Notes under the pieces: generated by a model | The model's database searches: none | Told to the model about the DNA's origin: nothing | Seen by the model: only the letters and a program-made list of their open reading frames with translations | Shown: piece after piece, positions 35,480 to 43,837 of the stretch | Position numbering within the stretch: the first letter of the stretch is position 1 | Layout of the letters: each line of letters begins with the position of its first letter | Source: Corallococcus sp. | GTDB taxonomy: Bacteria; Bacillota; Clostridia; Christensenellales; CAG-314 | Reading direction: 5' to 3' | DNA: 64,000 nucleotides | Assembly (NCBI GenBank): GCA_023665205.1 | Contig: JAMPEJ010000004.1 | Coordinates: forward strand, 93,112 to 157,111 | Translations under genes and position numbers: made by a program

Positions 35480-36775
35480 TTATTTGATGCCCGTTACAAA
35501 CTGTCTGACGGAGAATCTGTTTGCTCTCAAGAACTCAAAGTTTTCGCCAATAGTAACTGTTTTCCATTGAGCCAAAGTTTTATCGCCTGCCGCAACGTCA
35601 ACAAGGTTGTTAGAAGAATAGTAACCAAGGTTTCCGCCGAATCCCGCGTCATAACCGTTTTCGGAAAGAAGATATCTAATGAACAAGCAAGCCGTGTAGG
35701 GAAGTCTTGCAGTTGCGGGAATCAACGTCCACATGTTGTAAGTGAAGCCGGAAAGACCTTCAACTTCCACGTTCCAACCGGCAGCGCCGATAGCGTTTGC
35801 ATAGTAATTTTCGTTTGAAGTGTCTCCGCCGCCTTCCGTGTTACTGATATAGTCTTTGAATTTGGCTACGCCTATAAATGAAATCTTGTCGGCATTTTTA
35901 TATTCCGAAGTGGCAAGAGCCTTTGCTTGAGTAGTATCGGAACTGTGAGAACCGGCATTTTTCCAAAATTCATACACGAACTTATAGCCGATATTTTCGT
36001 AATCGTCTTTGCTGCCGTCATAAGCCGTTCCGAAATAAGATTGGTATGCAGATTCCAATTTTGCGCATGCATCGGGGCTGGTAAGCATTACGAGGAAACT
36101 CATGTTGATGTCTTCCGCAGTAGGATCTTGGAAAGTAACGGACGTACGACCTTTCAAGGTTGCGCCGTCTTTACCCGTCAACTGCCATACGTTTTTAAGA
36201 TAATCGGCATCCTTACCGATTTTGTTGTACATAAACACTTTGTTGAAAGTTACGCCAACAAGAGGATTTTGATCGGTTTCAGCAATATCGAAATCATCAC
36301 CGGTCGGTACATAACTAAGCAAGAAACCTTGACGAACCAAAGAATCGACGAAAGACGCGTCTTGAACCATAACGAAATCGGCAACGTATTGATTGTTGCC
36401 CGCGCTCCATGCGTCTACCGCAGCGTTCAATACAGGTTGATATGTAGCACCTTTTTTGCTGTTGTACGCTACTCTGTCTTTCGCCCATTCGTACTTTTGA
36501 ACAAATCCGGGTTTTTTGAGTGTCACGCCGTCCGTGTCATAGACCCCAAGCAATGCTCCTTTAACACCGGAGGTAAGAGAGTCTGCGTTGAAAGTCAATC
36601 CGGGATTTTCTTCCAATTCCTTTTTAGCAGCAGCTTCAAGCTCCGCCAACGTCATATTTTGTGCAGCTTCTATTGCTTTTTCAACTTCGGTTTTATTGTT
36701 GTCGCAAGCGGCAAGAACAAAAATTGCCGAAAAAGCCAGTGCTACAACCAAAAGCATAGCAAACAGTTTTTTCAT
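35480..36775 (-). CDS. ABC transporter substrate-binding lipoprotein
   Basis: Lipobox signal MKKLFAMLLVVALAFSAIFVLAAC. 431 aa, located directly upstream of the fused permease. Confidence 0.7.
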   Translation of the reverse strand: MKKLFAMLLVVALAFSAIFVLAACDNNKTEVEKAIEAAQNMTLAELEAAAKKELEENPGLTFNADSLTSGVKGALLGVYDTDGVTLKKPGFVQKYEWAKDRVAYNSKKGATYQPVLNAAVDAWSAGNNQYVADFVMVQDASFVDSLVRQGFLLSYVPTGDDFDIAETDQNPLVGVTFNKVFMYNKIGKDADYLKNVWQLTGKDGATLKGRTSVTFQDPTAEDINMSFLVMLTSPDACAKLESAYQSYFGTAYDGSKDDYENIGYKFVYEFWKNAGSHSSDTTQAKALATSEYKNADKISFIGVAKFKDYISNTEGGGDTSNENYYANAIGAAGWNVEVEGLSGFTYNMWTLIPATARLPYTACLFIRYLLSENGYDAGFGGNLGYYSSNNLVDVAAGDKTLAQWKTVTIGENFEFLRANRFSVRQFVTGIK

Positions 36776-36834
36776 AATTTGTTTCTCCTTGTTTTTATTT
36801 TTTTCCCGCCCGTTACGGACGGTGAAATTCTGAT

Positions 36835-37773
36835 TTAGCGAGCCTTACCTACGCTGCCCATAATGTTGGCCATCTTGTCCAACACCATTTCTTCCACGGC
36901 AAGGCGGGCGGGTTCCAAAAATTCCCGTCCTTCGAACTTGGTGGGTTTTTCAACAAAGCATTTGCGCATTTCGCCGAAATAGCAGATACGTATATCGCTG
37001 CCGACGTTGATTTTGCAAACCGCCATAGACGCGGCTTTGCGCAACATTTCTTCAGGGATACCTATAGCCTCCGGCATTTGTCCGCCGTATTTATTGAAAA
37101 TATCCAACCGCGCTTTGGGTACGGAAGAAGCTCCGTGCAGCACCAAAGGGAAATTAGGCAGTTTGTTCTGCACTTCCTCCAAGATGTCGAAACGCAGTTG
37201 CGGTTTTTGTCCGGGTTTGAACTTGTACGCACCGTGAGCCGTACCTATAGCAATAGCAAGGCTGTCTATACCGGTACGTTCTACAAATTCTACAACGTCG
37301 TCCGGATGGGTAAAGTGACCGTACTTGTCGTCCACTACAACGTCGTCTTCGATGCCGGCAATCGCGCCCAATTCGCTTTCTACCACTACTCCGTGCGCGT
37401 GAGCGTAATCGACGACCTCCTTAGTCATCTTGACGTTTGTTTCAAAGTCATAGGAAGACGCGTCGATCATAACCGAAGTAAAACCGCCGTCGACGCACTG
37501 CTTACACAATTCCACGCTTTTGCCGTGGTCCAAATGCAAAGCAAACGGAACGGTTATTTCTTCCGCTGCGGCAAGCGCCGCGTGTTTGACGTAAGACGGG
37601 TGCATATATTTAAGCGCGCCCCCGCTGATTGCAACGATAACCGGCGACTGCGCTTTTTCGGCTGCGCCCAAAATACCTTGCATAACGTCCACGTTATCCG
37701 CATTGAACGCGCCTACCGCGTAACCATCTTTGTATGCTTTTGCAAACATTTCTTTTGTGGTGACCAAACCCAT
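36835..37773 (-). CDS. fba: Class II fructose-bisphosphate aldolase
   Basis: It has MGLVTTKEMFAKAYKDGYAVGAFN, LHLDHG, GTAHGAYK and LVLHGASS. I prefer ATG 37773 (GGGAG 8 nt upstream) to the track's TTG at 37788. Confidence 0.85.
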   Translation of the reverse strand: MGLVTTKEMFAKAYKDGYAVGAFNADNVDVMQGILGAAEKAQSPVIVAISGGALKYMHPSYVKHAALAAAEEITVPFALHLDHGKSVELCKQCVDGGFTSVMIDASSYDFETNVKMTKEVVDYAHAHGVVVESELGAIAGIEDDVVVDDKYGHFTHPDDVVEFVERTGIDSLAIAIGTAHGAYKFKPGQKPQLRFDILEEVQNKLPNFPLVLHGASSVPKARLDIFNKYGGQMPEAIGIPEEMLRKAASMAVCKINVGSDIRICYFGEMRKCFVEKPTKFEGREFLEPARLAVEEMVLDKMANIMGSVGKAR

Positions 37774-37897
37774 AATCGTTTCTCCCAACCGGTTGTCGGT
37801 TACAAATTTTTTTCAGTTATACACATATTTCCGTTGATTTACCCTTAAATCACCGATATATAACAAACTGACGATAGTTAAGAGTAAACCTGGCATT

Positions 37898-37924
37898 ATT
37901 ATAACACCCCCCCCCTCATTGTCA
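37898..37924 (-). promoter_or_regulatory. Perfect -35 and -10 hexamers separated by a 15-nt spacer that contains a G8 homopolymer
   Basis: The minus strand reads TTGACA-ATGAGGGGGGGGTGT-TATAAT (37924->37898), about 120 nt upstream of the fba ATG. Confidence 0.45.
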
Positions 37925-38058
37925 ATACAAAGTTATATAAATAAAAATAAAATCGGATTTTTCGCTAAAAAATCAAAATTTTAAGGGAAAATCAGGACAC
38001 AAAGTTATGCACATTGATATATAACTGCCGGCACGCGCGGAACGAAAAGATATTTCTG

Positions 38059-38087
38059 TTGATAAAAAGATTGCGATATGCTAAAAT
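38059..38087 (+). promoter_or_regulatory. Sigma-70 promoter with an extended -10 for dut
   Basis: TTGATA (38059-38064), a 17-nt spacer ending in TGc, then TAAAAT (38082-38087). Confidence 0.45.
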
Positions 38088-38145
38088 AGAAATAACAAAA
38101 AAGCGCAAACCGAATTCGGCAATTGCGCAACAAGGAAATGTAAAA

Positions 38146-38619
38146 ATGAGAACTAAAGCAAAATTTGAAAAGGTATCCGAGCGGCAATTTTTGCAATACG
38201 GTGACGAACGAACTTACGGCAATATCAAACTGCCGGTACGAGCAACTACTGCAAGCGCCGGCTACGACTTTTTTGCTCCGACAAAGATACTCCTGTCTCC
38301 GGGCGAAACGGAAACCGTGGCAACGGGCGTAAGGGCGCTAATGCCGGACAATTGGTGTTTGATGATTTTTCCGCGCAGCGGATTGGGATTCAAATACCGC
38401 CTCAAACTAAACAATACCGTCGGAATCATAGACGCCGACTATTCGCAAAGCGACAACGAGGGACACATCTTCGTGCGCCTGACGAACGAAGGAAACAAAA
38501 CGTTGGAAATTGAATGCGGAACAGCGTTTGCGCAGGGTGTTTTTGTGCAATATTTGCTTACGGAGGACGACGACGTGAGCGAACAACGCAACGGCGGATT
38601 AGGTTCCACAACAAAATAG
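38146..38619 (+). CDS. dut: dUTP diphosphatase (trimeric dUTPase family)
   Basis: The start is ATG 38146 after AAGGAA. dUTPase motifs are present: SAGYDF, PRSGLG, GIIDADY and a C-terminal RNGGLGST. Confidence 0.8.
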   Translation: MRTKAKFEKVSERQFLQYGDERTYGNIKLPVRATTASAGYDFFAPTKILLSPGETETVATGVRALMPDNWCLMIFPRSGLGFKYRLKLNNTVGIIDADYSQSDNEGHIFVRLTNEGNKTLEIECGTAFAQGVFVQYLLTEDDDVSEQRNGGLGSTTK

Positions 38620-38676
38620 AAACTTCAACAACAACTTACGTTTTTCATAAAACTAAGTCTTGCGCGCCGTAGCGAC

Positions 38677-38702
38677 GCACTGCAATTTTGCGGTGCATTT
38701 TG
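38677..38702 (+). terminator. Rho-independent terminator after dut
   Basis: GCACTGC-aatttt-GCGGTGC followed by ATTTTGA. Confidence 0.45.
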
Positions 38703-38735
38703 ATACACCGCGCACAACAAAATGCTCGGCACAAA

Positions 38736-38764
38736 TTGACAAGAGCAAATTTAACTGTTATAAT
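38736..38764 (+). promoter_or_regulatory. Perfect sigma-70 consensus promoter
   Basis: TTGACA (38736-38741), a 17-nt spacer, then TATAAT (38759-38764). It lies about 200 nt upstream of tRNA-Ser. Confidence 0.65.
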
Positions 38765-38767
38765 ATG

Positions 38768-38952
38768 AAAAGTTTGTAAGCGTATCGAACGCCGTGGTCA
38801 TTAGCCCGGTTAAATAGGGCTCCCGCAAAAAGGCTTTTGAGGGAAAAGGAGAATCCGCACAGAAAGCAATTAAAACGCAAAACGTTTTGTTGCAAGAAGA
38901 GCGAGATTCGACGCGCGAGTGCCGATCACTTCGGTACGCTAACCAAAACTTT
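38768..38952 (+). ncRNA. Unassigned structured RNA candidate of about 185 nt (rod-like, 6S-like in size and shape; identity not established)
   Basis: It lies between the consensus promoter and the tRNA and has no plausible ORF. The 5' end AAAGTTTGTAAGCGTATCGAA pairs with the 3' end TTCGGTACGCTAACCAAAACTTT. An apical hairpin GCAA-tt-AAAACG-caaaa-CGTTTT-g-TTGC is present with purine-rich internal loops. Confidence 0.35.
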
Positions 38953-38969
38953 ATATAATCCAAAATTAT

Positions 38970-39060
38970 GGAAGCGTATCGAAGTGGTCATAACGGCCCG
39001 CACTCGAAATGCGGTTGTCGGGCAACCGGCACAAGGGTTCGAATCCCTTCGCTTCCGCCA
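38970..39060 (+). tRNA. tRNA-Ser(CGA): tRNA-Ser (anticodon CGA), type II with a long variable arm, CCA encoded
   Basis: The acceptor stem is GGAAGCG/CGCTTCC. The anticodon stem-loop is CCGCA-CTCGAAA-TGCGG. The variable arm is TTGTCGGGCAACCGGCAC. The T arm is AAGGG-TTCGAAT-CCCTT, followed by G-CCA. Confidence 0.9.
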
Positions 39061-39094
39061 ACGACGCAAGTTTGCTTGTAGTCGAACAAAATAA

Positions 39095-39124
39095 GGAATG
39101 CGATAAAGCATTCCCTATTTTTTT
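39095..39124 (+). terminator. Rho-independent terminator after tRNA-Ser
   Basis: GGAATGC-gataaa-GCATTCC followed by CTATTTTTTT. Confidence 0.7.
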
Positions 39125-39215
39125 CTCCTTTTGCTACGCTTGCGTTTCTCTACACAGTAGGGAAAACGAAATAACGTATCACTCGCTTCGCTCGTTCCCC
39201 TGCGCTACGCTTGGA

Positions 39216-39237
39216 CGAATCCCTTCGCTTCCGCCAA
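39216..39237 (+). repeat. 22-nt direct repeat of the tRNA-Ser 3' end (identical to 39040-39061)
   Basis: CGAATCCCTTCGCTTCCGCCAA occurs at both 39040-39061 and 39216-39237. The second copy lacks the rest of the tRNA. Confidence 0.85.
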
Positions 39238-39260
39238 GCAGCGTCCTATATGTAAGCCGT

Positions 39261-39292
39261 AAAAAAAGAGCACGACAACGTGCTCTTTTTTT
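39261..39292. terminator. Bidirectional rho-independent terminator (serves hydA on the minus strand)
   Basis: AAAAAAA-GAGCACG-acaa-CGTGCTC-TTTTTTT. Confidence 0.7.
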
Positions 39293-39388
39293 GTTCGTTT
39301 AATTATTACGTTTCAAAACAAGCAGAATAAATTACATATAATGTTGCGTAGTCTATCCTTTGCCTAAACTATTAAACTTAAAATTCCG

Positions 39389-41128
39389 TCACTCCTTAGT
39401 AAACTTTGGCATGGGCTCGTACGTCGTATGCAGCAGTTTGTGCGCTTTTGCTCCGTTTGGTTCACCCAAAAAGTTTCGGTAAATTTCGTTTACGGAGCCG
39501 TTGTTGTGACTGCGGCGGTTACTCATTGCTTTATCCGCACTGTACAATACGGAGGCCCTACTCTTGGCCACTTCGTCGTGATGTTTTACGAAAGTTGCTT
39601 TTATCGGCTGTCCTCCGCCCATCACACAGCCCCCGGGACAAGTCATCACTTCCACAAAATGATAGTCTGCCTGACCGCTCTTAATTTTGTCGCAAAGCGC
39701 CGCGGCATTTCTCAATCCGTTTACTACCGCTATTTTCAATTTTTTATCGCCTATCTGATAAATTGCTTCCTTTACGCCTTTTAGTCCGCGAACTTCGGAA
39801 AACTCTAAGCGGGCATATTTTGAATCCGGTTCCAAAACGCTTGCTGCAGTACGCAAAGCCGCTTCCATAACGCCGCCAGTCGCGCCGAAAATGATTCCCG
39901 CGCCCGAGTATTCGCCGAAAGGACGGTCGGTTTCTCCGTCCGGCAAATCCGGCAGCAAAATCCCGTTACCTTTCAACACGTGCGCAAGTTCGCGCGTGGT
40001 AAGCACTGCGTCAACGTCGGCAACGCCGTCGGTAAAAGTGCGGAACTTTTCGCCCTTTTTGGCAGTGCACGGCATAACCGTAACTACAAAAATATTTTCC
40101 GGCTTTATACCCATTTTTTTGCCGTATGCTTGCTTTACAAGCGCACCGAACATTTGCTGCGGAGACTTGCACGTGGAAAGATTATCCAACAATTCCGGAT
40201 AATTTTTTCGGCAATACGTTATCCAACCCGGGCAGCAACTGGTAAACATCGGCAATTTACCGCCGTCTTTAATACGGGAAATAAGTTCGTGTGCCTCTTC
40301 CATTATAGTAAAGTCTGCCGAACTGTTTACGTCAAAAACTTGTTTGAATCCTAAATAACGCAAAGCCGTGTTTATTTTGCCCTGACAATTGGTACCGGAC
40401 GGCATATCGAATTCTTCCGCCAAAGCTGCGCGAACGGCGGGTGCTGTTCCCACCACTACGTATTTATTAGGATCGTTTAACGCAGCCCACATGCGGTCGA
40501 CTTCCGACTTTTCGGTAAGCGCACCCGTAGGACATACGTTGATACATTGACCGCATCCGACGCAAGAAGTATTTTTCAGTTTCATATCGAACGCGCAAGC
40601 AATGTGCGTATCGAAGCCGCGTTCGTTAGCGCCTATCGCTCCCACGCCTTGCATTTTTTTGCAAACAGCGACGCAACGGCGGCACAAAATACATTTGCTG
40701 TTATCGCGTACTAAGTATTCGGTAGAGTCGTCGTGAACAAAGTCGCGCGTAGCACCGGCGAACTTATTGCTGTCGCACCCGTACTTATAGGAAAGACGCT
40801 GTAACTCGCAATTGGTATTTCTTTCGCAAGACAAGCAGTCTTTGCGGTGATCGGACAAAATCAATTCCAAAGTGGTTTTGCGTGCGCTGAATACGCGCTT
40901 AGTGCTTGTGTACACTTCCATTCCTTCGGCGGCGGGATACTCGCAGGCGGCCACTAAACTGCGCATCCCTTTTACTTCCACAACGCAAACGCGGCATGCG
41001 CCCAGTTCGCTCAGTTCTTTCATGTGGCACAGTGTAGGTATCTTTATGCCGATGCTGCGGGCGGCTTCCAAAAGCGTACTACCCTCTTCCACACATACGG
41101 GAATATCGTTTATTTTAAGATTGATCAT
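39389..41128 (-). CDS. hydA: [FeFe] hydrogenase catalytic subunit (group A3, bifurcating type)
   Basis: It has an N-terminal 2Fe-2S ferredoxin-like domain, multiple 4Fe-4S Cys clusters, and the H-cluster motifs TSCCPGW, MPCTAKKGE and EVMTCPGGCVMGGGQP. Confidence 0.9.
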   Translation of the reverse strand: MINLKINDIPVCVEEGSTLLEAARSIGIKIPTLCHMKELSELGACRVCVVEVKGMRSLVAACEYPAAEGMEVYTSTKRVFSARKTTLELILSDHRKDCLSCERNTNCELQRLSYKYGCDSNKFAGATRDFVHDDSTEYLVRDNSKCILCRRCVAVCKKMQGVGAIGANERGFDTHIACAFDMKLKNTSCVGCGQCINVCPTGALTEKSEVDRMWAALNDPNKYVVVGTAPAVRAALAEEFDMPSGTNCQGKINTALRYLGFKQVFDVNSSADFTIMEEAHELISRIKDGGKLPMFTSCCPGWITYCRKNYPELLDNLSTCKSPQQMFGALVKQAYGKKMGIKPENIFVVTVMPCTAKKGEKFRTFTDGVADVDAVLTTRELAHVLKGNGILLPDLPDGETDRPFGEYSGAGIIFGATGGVMEAALRTAASVLEPDSKYARLEFSEVRGLKGVKEAIYQIGDKKLKIAVVNGLRNAAALCDKIKSGQADYHFVEVMTCPGGCVMGGGQPIKATFVKHHDEVAKSRASVLYSADKAMSNRRSHNNGSVNEIYRNFLGEPNGAKAHKLLHTTYEPMPKFTKE

Positions 41129-42999
41129 TTTTTGCCACCTACCTTTTTGATTGCGCCGAATTTACACTTTGTCTCGCACACGCCGCACTTTATGCAAAGT
41201 TCGGGATCGATTTTGTGCGGCTGCTTGATTGTACCGCTGATAGCGTTGGCGGAGCAATTGCGCGCGCACAAGTTGCAGCCGATACATTTTTCGGGATCGA
41301 TTTCGTAGTTGATAAGCGCCTTACAAACGCCGGCGGGACATACCTTATCCTTGATATGCGCCTCGTACTCGGCGCGGTAGTACTTCAACGTGGACAATAC
41401 GGGGTTAGGCGCCGACTGTCCCAAACCGCACAAAGAATTATCCTTTATGTAGTAGCAAAGTTCCTCCATCTTATCCAAGTCTTCCATAGTCGCCTTGCCG
41501 TCGGTAACTTTGCACAGCATTTCGTACAAGCGTTTTGTTCCAATGCGGCAGGGAGTACATTTTCCGCAAGACTCGTCGACGGTAAACTGCAAAAAGAACT
41601 TGGCTATGTCTACCATGCAGTTGTCTTCGTCCATTACTATAAGTCCGCCGCTGCCCATCATAGAGCCTATCGCCGTCAGGCTTTCGTAATCCATAGGCGT
41701 ATCTTGCAATTCCGACGGAATACATCCGCCGCTCGGACCTCCCGTTTGCGCAGCCTTAAACTTTTTTCCGTTGGGAATACCGCCGCCGATTTCGTCGATG
41801 ATTTCCCTGAGAGTGATCCCCATTGGAACTTCCACAAGTCCGGTATTATTGATTTTACCGCCCAAAGCAAAAACTTTTGTTCCTTTGCTGTTTTCCGTGC
41901 CGACAGACGAGTACCAATCGGCACCGTTCAAGATAATTTGAGCAATATTTGCGTAAGTTTCCACGTTGTTGAGCAAAGTAGGCTTGCCGAACAATCCCTT
42001 GACTGCAGGGAAAGGCGGACGGGGACGCGGTTCTCCGCGCTTACCCTCGATACTGGTCATAAGAGCAGTTTCCTCTCCACAAACAAACGCGCCTGCGCCG
42101 AGCCGGATTTCCAAATCGAAACAAAAATCCGTCTCAAAAATATTTTTGCCCAGAAGTCCGTATTCGCGCGCCTGTTCCAAAGCGTGCTGCAAACGTTTTA
42201 CTGCGACGGGATACTCCGCGCGCACATACACGTAGCCTTGCGTTGCGCCGACGGCGTATGCGGCGATAGTCATTGCTTCTATTACGGAGTGAGGATCGCC
42301 TTCCAATACAGACCTGTCCATAAACGCGCCGGGATCGCCCTCGTCGGCGTTACAGCACACGTATTTTTGGTCGGCATGCGCCTGTTGGGTAAATTTCCAT
42401 TTTCTACCCGTCAAAAATCCGGCGCCGCCCCTGCCGCGCAGACCGGAGCGGATGATTTCGTCTATTATCGCGTCTCCTGTCATGCCAAGCGCCTTTTCCA
42501 AAGCCCTATAACCGTCACGCGCAATATATTCGTCGATACTTTCCGGATCTATCACGCCGCAGTTACGCAAAGCGCGCTTACACTGCTTGCGGTAAAATTC
42601 GGTATCTTCGATAGTTCGAACGCTTCCGTCGGCTTCGCGGTACAAGAGTCTTTCTACCGCGACGTTGTTTTGTAAATGCGAAACGACTATTTCTTCAACG
42701 TCGCTTTCTTTAACGCGGCTGTACAGCGTGCCGTCGGGATAAACGACAACGACCGGACCTGCCGCACACAAACCGAAACAGCCCGTCTGACCTACGTACA
42801 CGTGAGACAAAGATTTTGACTCTATGGAATACTTAAGTTTGTTGTATACGGCAAGAGAACCTTCCGAAGCACACCCTGCAACGCCGCACACCAAAACTTG
42901 TCGCTTGTACTCCATACCTTTGACGGACGCATTCGTAAATCTGTTTCCGACCTTTTTGAGAGTGGTTTTGCGTATTTCTTCCAATCTTTTTGCGTTCAT
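41125..42999 (-). CDS. hydB: NuoF-like flavoprotein subunit of the bifurcating hydrogenase (FMN/NAD(H) binding with Fe-S clusters)
   Basis: 624 aa. It has GRGGAGFLTGRKW and CGKCTPCR, plus two C-terminal ferredoxin-type 4Fe-4S motifs. It overlaps hydA as ATGA. Confidence 0.85.
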   Translation of the reverse strand: MNAKRLEEIRKTTLKKVGNRFTNASVKGMEYKRQVLVCGVAGCASEGSLAVYNKLKYSIESKSLSHVYVGQTGCFGLCAAGPVVVVYPDGTLYSRVKESDVEEIVVSHLQNNVAVERLLYREADGSVRTIEDTEFYRKQCKRALRNCGVIDPESIDEYIARDGYRALEKALGMTGDAIIDEIIRSGLRGRGGAGFLTGRKWKFTQQAHADQKYVCCNADEGDPGAFMDRSVLEGDPHSVIEAMTIAAYAVGATQGYVYVRAEYPVAVKRLQHALEQAREYGLLGKNIFETDFCFDLEIRLGAGAFVCGEETALMTSIEGKRGEPRPRPPFPAVKGLFGKPTLLNNVETYANIAQIILNGADWYSSVGTENSKGTKVFALGGKINNTGLVEVPMGITLREIIDEIGGGIPNGKKFKAAQTGGPSGGCIPSELQDTPMDYESLTAIGSMMGSGGLIVMDEDNCMVDIAKFFLQFTVDESCGKCTPCRIGTKRLYEMLCKVTDGKATMEDLDKMEELCYYIKDNSLCGLGQSAPNPVLSTLKYYRAEYEAHIKDKVCPAGVCKALINYEIDPEKCIGCNLCARNCSANAISGTIKQPHKIDPELCIKCGVCETKCKFGAIKKVGGKK

Positions 43000-43005
43000 T
43001 ATCCG

Positions 43006-43503
43006 TTACCCCCTCTCCCTGTATTTTGCTATTATCGCGTCTACTTCTTCCGGCTTAACTTTGCCGTACACGTCGTCGTTGACGGTCATTACCGGAGCCA
43101 TTCCGCAACACCCCACACAACGGGTAGCGTCTAGCGAAAACAGTCTGTCCATCGTACACTCGCCGCTTTGAATACCTAAAATATTTTGCAATTTGTCATA
43201 TATTTCCTGTGAACCGTTGACGTAGCACGCAGTCCCCAAACAAATGCCTATTTGATACTTTCCTTTCGGCATAAGCGAAAACTGCGAGTAGAAGGTCGCT
43301 ACGCCGTACACTTCAGAAAGAGTGACGTTGAGTTCCTCGGCAACTATCATTTGCACCTCGTAGGGCAAATATCCGTACAATTCCTGAGCAAACTGCAATG
43401 CCGGCATAAGAGCGCCGTCTTTTGTTTTAAGTTCGGCAAGTTTGTTGCGCAATATCGTTTCCTGCTGTTTTGTGCCGTCAAACGGCAACGAAGAACCTTT
43501 CAT
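43006..43503 (-). CDS. hydC: NuoE-like thioredoxin-fold [2Fe-2S] subunit
   Basis: 165 aa. It shows the NuoE pattern: CLGTACYVNG ... CVGCCGMAPVM. Confidence 0.85.
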   Translation of the reverse strand: MKGSSLPFDGTKQQETILRNKLAELKTKDGALMPALQFAQELYGYLPYEVQMIVAEELNVTLSEVYGVATFYSQFSLMPKGKYQIGICLGTACYVNGSQEIYDKLQNILGIQSGECTMDRLFSLDATRCVGCCGMAPVMTVNDDVYGKVKPEEVDAIIAKYRERG

Positions 43504-43837
43504 CCGTATTCCTCCAAATAAAGGTCGCGCAATAAGCGCGCAATAGAATCAGTATACCATACGCGGCATTTTTCGACAACTTTTTCACTTACGGACAAGC
43601 AAGCGATAGACATACCGATTTATTATATCGCGATAAATAAAACCTATGAAAAAAAACAATACCGTTCCGTAAAATACAACAAACGGATTAAATAAATTAC
43701 ACAATCCTTTGCATCTGTTACAGATAAAGTATCTTATGCGCTTGCTACTGCATACAAATATTCTTTGATTTCGCGCGCACGTAAAAAAGCAAAACAAACG
43801 GCGCGAACGCTAAGCCCGACGCCGAAAAAATTGGAAT

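Noticed and set aside
38103-38128. Hairpin or palindrome GCGCAA-a-CCGAATTCGG-caa-TTGCGC in the dut 5' leader
   Set aside because: It could be an operator or a stabilising 5' hairpin. No T tract follows it, I found no second copy, and I recognise no riboswitch-like conserved core. I cannot support a function from sequence alone.
38776-38830. A possible extra tRNA in the leader, with anticodon-loop-like GCCCG-GTTAAAT-AGGGC (anticodon UAA)
   Set aside because: The putative anticodon stem has a mismatch at the loop-closing pair. There is no T-arm (no GTTCGAATC-like loop) and no CCA or proper acceptor 3' end. It resembles only the 5' third of tRNA-Ser, so it is treated as a tRNA-derived fragment within the leader.
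43585-43797. A 70-aa minus-strand ORF in the 334-bp region upstream of hydC
   Set aside because: It has Cys/Phe-rich composition and no ribosome-binding site. The region is better explained as the terminator of the upstream ABC operon plus the promoter (TTGTCG-17-TATACT on the minus strand) and leader of hydCBA.
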